A stretch of DNA of 62,000 bases from Chiloscyllium plagiosum (Eukaryota): assembly GCF_004010195.1 (NCBI RefSeq), contig NC_057719.1, positions 68,382,567 to 68,444,566 on the forward strand. Direction: 5' to 3'. Positions 11,074 through 22,375 of this stretch are shown piece after piece (the stretch's first letter is position 1; each line of letters opens with the position of its first letter). The translations under genes were made by a program, and so were the position numbers. The notes beneath the pieces are model-generated. The model did no database searches. It saw only the letters and a list, made by a program, of their open reading frames with translations, and was not told the DNA's origin.

Positions 11074-14042
11074 TGGTTTCATTATCCTAAGAATCCATGC
11101 TGTAATATGAACAAATACTTTTGCAATTTTATACCAGTCTATAACATAGGTCAATTAGTAGTTGTAAGAGTAGACCTGTCAGGAGTTTGAATCCTCTTTA
11201 TACATGCTGCTCTTTAATTTTAAGTTAATTGCGCATTTAAATATATTTAGTACTTGCAAAAATTAGTGGTGACATACCAAAATATATAAAATGCACTCCT
11301 AATCAATTCAGATTTGGAGTAAATACACAGTTAAATAATGCACATATAGCATTTATTGAATATTTTCCAGTATCACTCTGAAAAAGTTAATTCTCTGAGC
11401 TCAATATTATATGTTACATGTAAGCCAATGGTGCATCAGTTAGAGTTGAAAAAGTTACACGTGGAAACTGCAATGAATTTTTCAATTGAAATTTATCATT
11501 CACTTCTTGCTTACCTGCGTACAGAATTGGGATAAAAATAGAACAAGAGTTGACCTTGTAGACTCACTCTTTGTCACATCACTCACAAAAACAACCTACA
11601 TATTTTCCCTCTCACTATCACAATAGTCAAATGTGCAAGGTGACAGCTGCTCTCCTGTGTCCTGAACCTTCAGCTGAACACCAACCTTGGCAAGCCTTGT
11701 CTAGCTGTCATTGTTGTGGTTAATGTGTGTTTTCCTTTCTGAACAGTACTTCTGTGGATAATAGGAAGTTGTAAACTTAGTTTAACCCCATTCATATCAG
11801 GATGAACTAAGGTCATTATGAGGTTTGCCAATGTACTAATTCAGTGACTTTAAAATATAGCTGTTTTCTGAAAATTTCAATACGTAATGGGGATGTGTTT
11901 TTTTCTTTTGAATGTCAATTTCAACAATAACTTCTGGTTTTAATTTAGCACAATGGGGTTTCTCAATGTATTGTTATTTTGGTGCATAAATAATAATTTA
12001 TGGAAATTTTCATTCTCAACTTTCACCACATAGCTAATGCTATCTGTTGATTCTTGTTAACAATACCCACAATACCATTTTTCATTTCCATGATAACCAG
12101 TTGACACTAACCTGATTGTCCATCAAAGTATCTCTAATCTTCATATATCCAATCATATCTTGTGTGATTTTTAGAACTATGGTTATGAGAAAAGGGCAAA
12201 CATGGTCAGCATTACCGACTACTCAGAATTTGGTTTGATTCAGTCAAGCCCAAACCTGAGTTCCCTTTCATTATCTCCATGGTTAGGCACCATAAGATAC
12301 AATTGCTGTATTCTCAAGTAAGGAGCTCATTGTCACAGAACTAGTAAAGTATATCTGATGCAATCACTTGCTACAAAGTTTTGTCTGCTATTCCTCTGCA
12401 AAGATACATAAATGAATAGGAGAACAATGAATTGGATTATTGCTCATTATTGTTGTGCTAATGCAATTTTCTTGCTGACCAAGAAAATAGGCAGGAGTAT
12501 GTGGTGGTGTCTTCAAATACGAATTCTGCATCAGAGTGCCAAGTGGCTAGATGGCCATAGCTGCAAAACATCAGCTCATTGTGAACATTTATTTTGTTGT
12601 TGCTTTGTTTACTACTAAAATTAACACACAAAAGAAATCATCAAATGATTCCAAGACAATCAATAGCATCAGAGAACAGTTCAGTGCGTGCGGGCGCACG
12701 TGTGTGTGTCATTTTAGGAAGTTGTCAGAATGAAAATAAAAGTTAGTGTGCACTAAATGGTCTCCTTAATCCACTGGAATTTTATAAAATTTAAGCTTTG
12801 GAAATGTAATAGTTCATCATAACTAAGTTACAATCCATAATCAATTGGCTGTCGGTCAACCTGCTTTTATGCAGTAATAGCCTTCAATAAAATGGAGTGA
12901 ATATATCTAATGAACATTCACCAGAGATTTAAACTTGGAAACTGATAGACATCCTGTACTGTGACCATTTCTTAATAGTGTTAGCAAATGGATATGTGTC
13001 ATAAACCATTAGGATAACTGCCACATGCAAGAAGGATGCCATCTGTCACCATGGTAGCTTTTCCACACCCTGGAAAATCTGGCGGAGGAGATCAAAGCTA
13101 ATCAAGGCATGCAGGAAATGATAACTGGCCAATGGCCAATTCTCTAAAAGAATTGGGCATATCCATTATAAGAAGAATTGACATTTTCAGACTAGAGACA
13201 AATCTGTTGTATCAAAATCACTGGGATATAATGGTTTGGTTGGTGTTTGTGTTTTATGGGTCCTGCCAAATATCAATCTGAGTTTATCATAAGAAGCTGG
13301 AAGGTTCCAAAGTGTGTTTTAGCGGAAGGGCATTGTTATGTTTTTCTCTTGGTCTTCAGAGATGATGATGATGCAGATGTTGCTGTGGTAACCAAAACTG
13401 TCAAGGTCCTCTATTGTTTGTATTCATTCCCAATCCGCAGATGGGCTACTCCATGAAGGTCAAATCTCCCTGCCTGAAAGGACCCTCAACCTCACTCAGG
13501 TGGAGTTTTTCCATTCAAACACTGGTGGCATGCAATCTCTGACTTCTGTCTTTTTTAAACTTGCTTTGTGAAGTTGTCACTATGTTTCCTTAGTTGGCTT
13601 AAGCTGAAATGCACAGCGTTAAGTGATGCATCGTGTTGTCTTGCAATGTATCCATTGGATTGCTAATGTAACCATCAATGACGCTACAGTTTCTGAAAAG
13701 GACAGAAAATAAATTGTAGATCGTAAGGTCTCTTGATCCTGGACTGTCACTCGATAAGGTCATGGCTTAAACAGGATACTTGATCAACTTCAAAGTGCTT
13801 GCATTGAGAGAACATTGAAAGATTAATTTATCTAATTGTTACTCAAGGTTCTGCTCTAATACAAATTAGGAGATGTGCCGATTAAGTCATGAGTACATCA
13901 ATACATTCAGAAAAGGCTACTGCTCTCATGCCATTTCAATCTAATATAGAACAGCCCCAATAAAACTGCATACCAGTTAATAGATTGAACTATTGAGAAA
14001 TGGAAACAGCACACATTAATTGAATCATTTACAGAACTTGAG

Positions 14043-14525
14043 GGAAAACTCACCACAGGCTGGCATAATATTTGGTACAAAGGAAGACGATTGTATTAGC
14101 CTGGAAGTCAGTAAGCTCAGTTCCAGGATATTTCTGTAAGAGTTCCTCCAGTTAGTGTGCTAAGTTTAACCATCTTGAGCTGCCCTCATCATAAGGTTAG
14201 AAGTGAGGATGTTCACTGATAATTGCACAACGTTCAGCACTATTTACAATTCCTCAGGCATTAAAGCAGTCCGTGTCCATATGCAACAAGACCTGGACAA
14301 TGGGTGAATGAGTGGCAAGTAACATTTGCGCCTTCCTTTACCAGGCAATGATTATCACCAGCAAGAGAAAATCCAACCTTTATCCTTGACATTCAACAGA
14401 ATTAATATCAAACCCTCAATATCAAAATCCTGCGAGTTACTATTGACCAGAAACTGAACTCGATTAGCCTCAGAAATGTAGTGGCTACAGGAGCAGGGCA
14501 GAGGCTGGGAATTCTGCAAAAGCAA
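14043..14525 (+). mobile_element. LINE RT fragment (CR1/L2-group, second family)
   Basis: Degenerate GVPQGSVL (gagttcctccagttagtgtgcta) and MFADDCT (atgttcactgataattgcaca) motifs. Confidence 0.75.
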
Positions 14526-15435
14526 CAATTGTGCTGTATATGATTTTACAAGAATATGAAACTCTACAAAACAAATGCAAATCCTTTATTTAAGAGAAAC
14601 AATACTCAATTGTAAAAAAAAAGTCCCATGTGCCAATCCAAATTTTCCTGCTGTTTTCTATCATATCTTTCCATACTGTGAAAACTCTGCATTGCTCTTT
14701 TCATTGATTTACATAGAAGGGAATGGCACAATAGATAATACAAAACAAAACATAAAGTAAGAAATGGAACCTGAAATTTCAAGTTCAGCTTTGTGTTGCT
14801 CAGAAAAAGTCCTCAGGTTGCAATTCCTTCAGTAATGTTGGATGACATTGGAGCTTTTCAGCAGAATGTTTGACAGTGAAACACTGCTTTTGCTGAGAGA
14901 TTTGCGACCTTTACAATAGTGGAGATGATTGAAGGTTTTGAAGCTGTTGAATCCAATCCCACCAAGATAAAAAGCAAAGACAGCAGCAGATAATTCGTCA
15001 GTTCTTTGTGTCATCTGGGACTAAAAAGCTACTAATGACGACTTCCTGATCATTTCAAATACACCAATCCTGGGACAATATTTTCTCTTCTTCCAGATCT
15101 GGGAACTGCAGTCAGCCTGAATGTGCTGAAGTCATACTTTGCACATAAAGAACAATACAACTCAGTAAACAAAATTGAAGAAAAACCCATGCCTCAAACA
15201 CCACATGGATAAGGCTTAGGTACCAGCATTAAGGGGAAAGTACAAAGTAAAATGTATTAACATCAATCACACATCAGAAGAAATGAGGAGATATCTTGTT
15301 TGCACTCAGTTCATACTAAATCTTCCTTTGAGATTACCTGGGAACAGTTTAGCTACATAGTAAAGGATAGCTTTCATTGATGGTTGGAACAAGTGTAGCC
15401 GAAAATATTTTGCACTGATTTTGTTTCCAGCATCT

Positions 15436-15962
15436 AAATCAAAAATAAAAACAGAAAATGTTGAGAAAAGCTCATCATGTTTTGGCAGCAACTGAGAGAA
15501 ACAGAGTTAAAGTTTTAGGTGGTTGGACTTTTATCAGAACTGGGAAACGTTGGAGATGTAACAGTTATTGAGCAAAGGCTGAGTGGGATGAGGAAAAAGA
15601 GTAAAGTCTATGGTAGGATAGATGACAGGAAAACCTGAAAAAAAATAACGAATCAGTCTCCGAGCCAAGGGGATTTTTAATGGGGGCAGAAAAAGATGTC
15701 TGCACCAGGTGTGCTGCTGCCTGAATGCAAAAAACCAAAGACAAGAATTGGAATCTGCAAAATAAAGGTGAGGTTGTGATCTGAAACTTTTGAACTCAGT
15801 GTTGAGTATGAAAAGTAGAAGTACTAGCTTATGTTGAGCTCTACGGGAAAAGTGCAACAGGCTGAGGAGAGAGATGTCAGTGTGGGAGCAAGATGGAGAA
15901 TTAAAATGACAAACCACCAGGTCAGGTGATTATTGCAGACTGAACAGAGCTGTTCTGCAAAA
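15436..15962 (-). mobile_element. Old PLE 3' end (GIY-YIG C-terminus, UTR, decayed HHR, tail)
   Basis: ORF 15534..15917(-) VCHFNSPSCSHTDISLLSLLH parallels PVAEYFNSPSHSAKDMQVLGLLH at ~28311; tail matches family B. Confidence 0.75.
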
Positions 15963-17373
15963 CAGAGAATTGCTTAAACCAATAGCTCAAAAACTTAGCT
16001 AAATGTAAGACAAAGTTTGAAACTGTATAGAGAAATAATGTTGTCGAAAACTATATCTATAAAAGAATCTTAAAGAAAAGTCCTGCAGATGCTGGAAATC
16101 TGAAATCAAAGCTGAAATTGTGGAAATACTTATTCTTTTTTCCCTGTCTCTGACTTGATTTAGGCCACATTTCATGTTTGATCTTTCCTAATTGTGATGA
16201 ACCATCATCAGCCGGTAACAGTGGGCGTAATCTTCCCAGCCATTGAACAATGTGGGCAATAACTCGACAGCTGGTAAAATATTGAGAAAATAATCTGATT
16301 TTCCAGCCAAAACTTTAATGACAAGAATCTCACTAGCGAGCAGCTCATGAGATTCTCACCTCACTAATTGTAGTTTGCCATTTTGCCAGGCAGTGACTAT
16401 AAGACTATAAGAGCAGAATTATTCCCGACATGATAGTCTGACCGGGTGCCAAGCGAAATCAGCATATTAGTTGCTCATCTGGGCTTCTGCCTTGGCCATC
16501 AGTTACCAATACCTCAGGGCACTTAGCACAGGCAGTAACTCCATGTGTACTTTATCAATGGAAATTAGCATCAGCCACAGTACATCATCACGGAACATTG
16601 CTGACTCACTTAAAATCAAGATCACCACTTCACTGCTATAATTTGGAGCAAGCCAATGTTGTAAATTGCAGTTTGCTTGCAGGACAAATGGTATTCAAGA
16701 ACATGTACTCATCTCCTCAATCTGAACAGGATGTGTTAAAGGAAACCCTTAGTTTTATCTCTTAGTGTTTACTCACTTTGTGCTAACTTGGATGCTTACA
16801 GTGGCGGTTCCATGCTTTGCCTTGACCTTTCGCACGTTGCCGCCTCATTCAGAACTTGCAGCCTCACAGTACTTCTGTCTGGCTTTGCTTTTAAGCATAG
16901 ACAGATAGCCAGGCAGTGAGTTATGGTCACCAGCAAGGATTAAGGAGATGGATGTGTTGCTGTAACATCAATGTAACATCTGCAGCACATGCCAATAGTT
17001 TACATGCTAAACATTCTGCATGCACTTTAACCAAATGACCATACCTGAAAGTTTAAGGGGACTAATCTTCAGTTGGGTCCTAGGTGGCTATTATCAGTCA
17101 GGGAGACCTGCCATAGTCAGTCCAGGATATTGTCCATTAGATTGGACATGGTCAGTCAGCTGCTTGGTACAATCTGGGTGAAGAGTTTTTTATGCTTACA
17201 GTCCAGGGAGTGGGCTATGGTCAGTCCTGCAAGTCCAGTGCAATCAGTCAAGAGATTAGTGCTGAGTCAGTGAGGGAGCTGTACAGACATCAATCAGGAA
17301 CCTGGTTAGACATCACTGGGGGCTATGCTTTAAGCTGCTCAGGGGAGTGGAGTCAAGGGCAGTATGGGAATCT

Positions 17374-17612
17374 AGGCAAAAGTGAGGACTGCAGATGCTG
17401 GAAACCAGAGTCTAGATCAGAGTGGTGCTGGAAAAGCACAGCAGGTCAGGCAGCATCCGAGGAGCAGGAAAATCAACATTTAGGGCAAAAGCCCTTCATC
17501 AGAATGACGGGGATGACAGGATGAAGGGCTTTTGCCCGAAATGTCGATTTTCCTGCTCTTCGGATGCTGCCTGACCTGCTGTGCATTTCCAGCACCACTC
17601 TGATCTAAACCC
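17374..17612. mobile_element. Palindromic PLE-derived mini-element (family A) with two inverted HHR motifs
   Basis: Arms ~17413-17500 and ~17520-17607 are reverse complements; TSD cagta(t/c)gggaatct at 17360-17373 and 17613-17626. Confidence 0.9.
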
Positions 17613-19031
17613 CAGTACGGGAATCTGTTCAGTGAAATTCAAGAGGGTAATCAGGAGCCACTACTGTACTGGGCATGTTGGGAAAGTCAGTTAGGGGTTT
17701 GGAAGCTGCACATGGATGACAATTATGAAGGGGTCAACTCATCGTGCAAATGTGGAGACTGTCAAACATGAGAAGGCAAGGAGTACTGGGACAGGAGGGT
17801 GTTATAGACAGTCAGCCAGCACACTAGCTTCAATGGGAGGATAGTGCAGCCTTCTGTTTGACATAACTAAGCTGGTTGCTGGGGAATCAAAGGAAGAAGT
17901 GGGGAGGTGAGTCATTCAATAAAAGAATTGAGTGAGATTGTGGAGAAGATCAAATCTGATTGGTTTGACATTGAGCGCATGGCAGAAAGGAGCATGAAGA
18001 TTTCAGAGTCACTAACATTGAGAGGCTGAGTCTGCAACTCACTCTATGATTCACTTCTGTGTGTTACCTTCATCCTTATCCAAAACACAAGTGTACAGTC
18101 AGAGATAAAAATACGCTACTGTACCTGGAAAGGCTGAGTAAGTAGTTTTCATTCTATAAGAGAATGGGCTCTAATTTGTATTTTCTTCTTGATCCAGACA
18201 TAGAAGCTGCTGTCATCTCATTGGTAACTGCACCAAAAGCATCCACAGGAATAGATAAGGAACATATATGTCCAGAAGCCTAGACCAGCCCCAATCTCCA
18301 ACAGATGTGGTGCAGCCTCCTAATGTGGAATATCCAGCCAAAGGTGCCCTCATGTTGCGGCAAAATGCAGGAGACCCATATTTGCTGTTCTTGCATGAAG
18401 GTTTACAGAAAGGTTGTGGCGCTATATTGCTGGCTAGAGGTAATGGTTACAACACACTGTCATGATATCTAATGCATCTGCAATGCAGCATCTTCCTCCA
18501 CTGAGATCAATGAGCCACAAGATGTTTCTTCAAGATGAGGTTCCTATTTCCGCTCAGGTCTGGGGGTTTGTTGCAGTTCATTTCAGACAGAATCCTTCAA
18601 GGCTTTGCTCCAGACAAGTGCAGGATGTGCCAAGACGATATGATGGATGATGAGGAAGCAGGAGAGCTGCTGCATTGTACTAAATAGGAAAATGAAGACA
18701 TTCTTTCGAAGGAACATCACCTTTGCATCTGACAGTGCAGCAACATGGCCAAAACAACCCAGGGTGGACTTTCCTGTGAGCCTTTTTCAATGGAACTGGG
18801 TTGCATGAAGTCATCTTTCACTGACTGTTTCAATGTCATCGAGTCATACAGCTCGGAAACAGACTCTTCATCCATGCTGATCAGATTTCCCAAACTGAAC
18901 TAGTCCCACATGCCTGCATTTGGCTCCTACCCCTCTAAACCTTTCCTATTCATGTACCTATCCAAATGTCTTTTAACTATTAGAACTGTACCCACCTCTA
19001 CCACTTCCTCTGATGGTTCACTCCATATACA

Positions 19032-19256
19032 GAGCTGAAAATGTGTTGCTGGAAAAGCGCAGCAGGTCAGGCAGCATTCAGGGAACAAGAGAATCGACGT
19101 TTCGGGCATAAGCCCTTCTTCAGGAATCTTCTTCAGGCTTATGCCCGAAACGTCGATTCTCCTGTTCCCTGGATGCTGCCTGCCCTGCTGCGCTTTTCCA
19201 GCAGCACATTTTCAGCTCTGATCTCCAGCATCTGCAGTTCTCACTTTCTCCTCAAA
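19032..19256. mobile_element. Young palindromic PLE-derived mini-element (family A)
   Basis: Near-perfect inverted arms around ~19125; perfect TSD cactccatataca at 19019-19031 and 19257-19269. Confidence 0.95.
19096..19123 (-). ncRNA. Minimal hammerhead ribozyme, core intact
   Basis: Minus strand reads CTGAAGA-A-GGGC-TTAT-GCCC-GAAAC-GTC. Confidence 0.85.
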
Positions 19257-19644
19257 CACTCCATATACACACCGTCAGCTGTGTGAAAAATTTGCCCCCC
19301 AAATCCCTTTTAAATCTTTTCCCTCTCAGCTTGAGATTCTGCCCTCTAGTTTTGAATTCCTTACCTCAGGGAAAAGACCTTTTATTTTCACCTTACCTAT
19401 GGCCCTCCATGATTTTATAAACCTCTTTCAGATTTATGAGGTTTTACAAACCTTAACTTCCTATGCTCCAGAGAAAAGGTCGCAGCATATCCAGCCTCTC
19501 CTTATAAATCAAACCCTCTGGTCCCACTGATATCCTTGGAAATCTTTTCTGTACCCTTTCCAGTTTAATAATATCCTTCCAATAGCAGGGCAACCAGAAC
19601 TGTACTCCAAAAATGGCCTCAACCAATGTCTTGTGTTTTTTAAA

Positions 19645-19965
19645 AACTGAGGAATTACAGATACTGCAAATCAGAGGCAAAAATAGAAGTTTCTGGAAAA
19701 GCTCAGCAGGTCTGGCAGCATCTGTGGAGAGCTTATGCCAGAAACTTTGATTCTCCTGCTCCTCGGACACTAACTGACCCACTGTGTTTTTCCAGCACCA
19801 CACTTTTTGACTCTGATCTCCAGTATCTGCAGTCCTCACTTTCACCACAGTGGAGAGAACTCAGAGTTAACATTTCAGGTCAAGTGACCCTTCCTCAGAC
19901 TCCTGTACTTTCTTTCCACATTACTGCAAGACCTGCTGAATGTTTTCAGCAATTTCTGATTTTGT
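19645..19965. mobile_element. Family B PLE palindrome with a nested family A single-arm copy (19732-19849)
   Basis: TSD gtggagag at 19724-19731 and 19850-19857; decayed HHR on the minus strand at 19869-19898. Confidence 0.8.
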
Positions 19966-21011
19966 TCCCCACATTAAACTCACTGACTCAGTACCCTCTT
20001 GCACACTCCTATGGAAAGCAAAGATACAGGTGTCACTTGTGCTAGCTGAACTAAAGACATCAAATAAATCATATTAACATTCATTGGCATTACTGTCTCG
20101 TTGTGTGAGGCTGCTGTCTGAGTTCTAGTTGTGTAACCATCTCTCTGCAGGCAGTGCTTGTCTGTCCTATGTGACATAATGCCTGCTCTGGACTTTACAG
20201 CTTTGATGCCACCTTATATTTCCAGAAGCCCTTCTGACCTCAACAAAGTGAAATGTCAAGGAAGCATTGAAACAAGCTTCTTGTTATCGAGATATTCTCC
20301 CAGAAGAAACTCAGTGAAGTAGTAGCTTCCCTTGCATCCTGACAAGTGGAAATCAAAATCAGTTCCAATACCCATTTCATAAAGGCAGTCAAAGAGAATA
20401 GATAATAAAACTAGTGTGTTAGCCATCTTCCAAAACTATATAGCTTCAAAAATTATACCTTGGGATCAGAAAATTGCAAAACAAGAAAGGATTTTGAGGT
20501 GGAAGTAGGCAAATGGCAGATAACTGCAAACAAGTCTGCTTAGCATCACTGTGGAGGAGTTAATGGAATCTATCATCAGAGACAGAAAACACTGTTTAAG
20601 TATGAGCAGATCAAAGTGAGTCAGCATGGTTTGGTGAAAGGTCAGTCATGTCTAATGATGCTGAATCAATTTTTGTGTAGGTTACTAACGTGGCAAGTAG
20701 GAGAGTGTCAAGAAAAGATGTTAAAATAACCCTCAGTGCAAGGCAATATTAGCAAAAATTATTGTGTGTAGAATTAGAGTTTGTTTTAGTGGTGAGAGAA
20801 TAGAATTGATAGAGAAACAAAAGGAATTTAGATGTCATGTACACCAGCAACAAAATCTCAAGGTAGAGGAAGAAAAAGTAATAATAAGGACTTAAGAATT
20901 ATCGGCCTTTCATTCAAGGGAGTTGGAATCCAAAAGTGAGGAACACCATACTTAATTTGTACAATGCCTCTGTAAGACTTCACCTGAAGACTGAATTTCA
21001 TGAATAATATA

Positions 21012-21206
21012 AACAAAAACAGAAATTACTGTAAAAGCTCAGCAGGTCTGGCAGCATCTGTGGAGTGAAATCAGACTTCCTCATTCTGAGGAAGGGTCAC
21101 CGGACCCGAAACGTTAACTCTGATTTCTCTCCACAGTTGCTGCCAAACCTGCTGAGCTTTCCCAGCAATTTCTGTTTTTGTCTCTGATTTACAGTTATTT
21201 CAGTTC
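21012..21206. mobile_element. Palindromic PLE-derived mini-element (family B)
   Basis: Arms ~21014-21075 and ~21118-21180 inverted; TSD tcatgaat(a/g)atata at 20998-21011 and 21207-21220. Confidence 0.9.
21084..21117 (+). ncRNA. Minimal hammerhead ribozyme, core intact
   Basis: tt-CTGAGGA-A-GGGTC-ACCG-GACCC-GAAAC-GTT-aa. Confidence 0.8.
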
Positions 21207-21336
21207 TCATGAATGATATACTGGCACTGGAAGAATTAGAGCACACTAGAGTTTGAAAACCAGGCCGATTGAGATTTTCAAAACTTAGATTCTATCAAAC
21301 TAATTTGGGATAGATTCAACCAACATGGAGAAAATA

Positions 21337-21510
21337 CAGAGGAACCTCGATTATCCGAAGGCCACAGGTGGGGAGTATTTTGTTCAGTTAATGAATGCCA
21401 GATAACTGAATGCCGGATAACATAGTTTAGCCATGCATCAGGACCTTGTGATCTTGTTTGGATAATCCGAAATTCAGATAATCAAAAGTTAGATAATTGA
21501 GGTTCCTCTA
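21337..21510. mobile_element. Tc1/mariner-pogo (Tigger-like) MITE
   Basis: TIRs cagaggaacctcgattatc / gataattgaggttcctcta, flanked by TA at 21335-36 and 21511-12. Confidence 0.85.
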
Positions 21511-22267
21511 TAATCAAATAAATTGAGTTAAGGTGCAGTTAAGTTTAACCATGATCTATTTGCGTGGGAGGACAGGTTTGAGGATTCAGTGGCCTATTGC
21601 TGATCTGTCTTAATGTGTGATAGTTAAGATTGTTAATTTCCCAGTTAGACCCACCAAACAATCACACCAATAACTGCTGCAATTATATTAATGGTTGCCT
21701 GACCAATATTCTCAAGCAAGACAGAAATCATGTTCAATTCGGCGTTCCCTCATGGCTAGACACAATTGTTGCTGACAAAGATTTACACCTACACCAATTT
21801 ATAGGTTCAGCTTTGGTAACAGCTTAGCACTAACTCCAATAAAACCTTGAAAGAAAGCTTTGAATGGCTTCAGAATATTCCCATTTTGTAACTGGTTAAT
21901 CAGTGGTGTGAGCAGACATAGTATCTGTCAATTTTTATTAAAGTCCCTACTTACAGAATTGATCTTGACAGTTTAAGTCTTGTTCTTTGTTGCTCAAAAG
22001 ATAAGTGAATGAGGGCAATTGGTAGGAAGACAAAAGTATATAACTTTACACTAATTCTTAAGAATGCACAGCAAAGAAATTAAAATGAAAGCAGAGTTTC
22101 ATATTTGGGGTAAAATAGCATTATATAGTCAGGCAAAGCAGCATTGGCTGTTGTCACCATCAAGTGAGGAAAATGTTAATGTTCTATTATCCAGGGTCAG
22201 TCTTCAACATAAATTGCATTCCAATAAGTATGGGAACAGTCAGGCTACAAGGGTAAAACTATACAAT

Positions 22268-22375
22268 GAACAGAGAATGCTTGAAAAACTCTGCACTTTT
22301 GGCAGCATCTGTGGAGAGAGAAAAACAGAGTTATTGTTTTGAGTCCAGAATGACTTTTCTTCAGAGTTGATGAAA
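22268..22375 (-). mobile_element. Old PLE tail fragment with decayed HHR
   Basis: ggcagcatctgtggagagagaaaaacagagtt...gacttttcttcagag matches family B. Confidence 0.7.

Larger units (their letters stand above)
18835..19635 (-). mobile_element. CR1 LINE 3' end (host of the 19032 insertion)
   Basis: VQFWLPCYWKDIIKLERVQKRF and KRHLDRYMNRKGLEG; typical tail. Confidence 0.9.
20390..21620 (+). mobile_element. Highly decayed CR1 relic carrying two nested insertions
   Basis: agtcagcatggtttggtgaaaggtcagtcatgtctaa (SQHGFxKGxSCL-like); CR1-like 3' end near 21540-21610. Confidence 0.65.

Noticed and set aside
16070..16220. Possible further decayed PLE palindrome
   Set aside because: Only the tail (ctgcagatgctggaaatctg) is recognisable; the HHR is too decayed to call.
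17374..21206. Palindromes as DNA-transposon MITEs, CRISPR repeats or pre-miRNAs
   Set aside because: Arms match PLE ends, are unequal and have long variable TSDs; there is no spacer array and no miRNA evidence.
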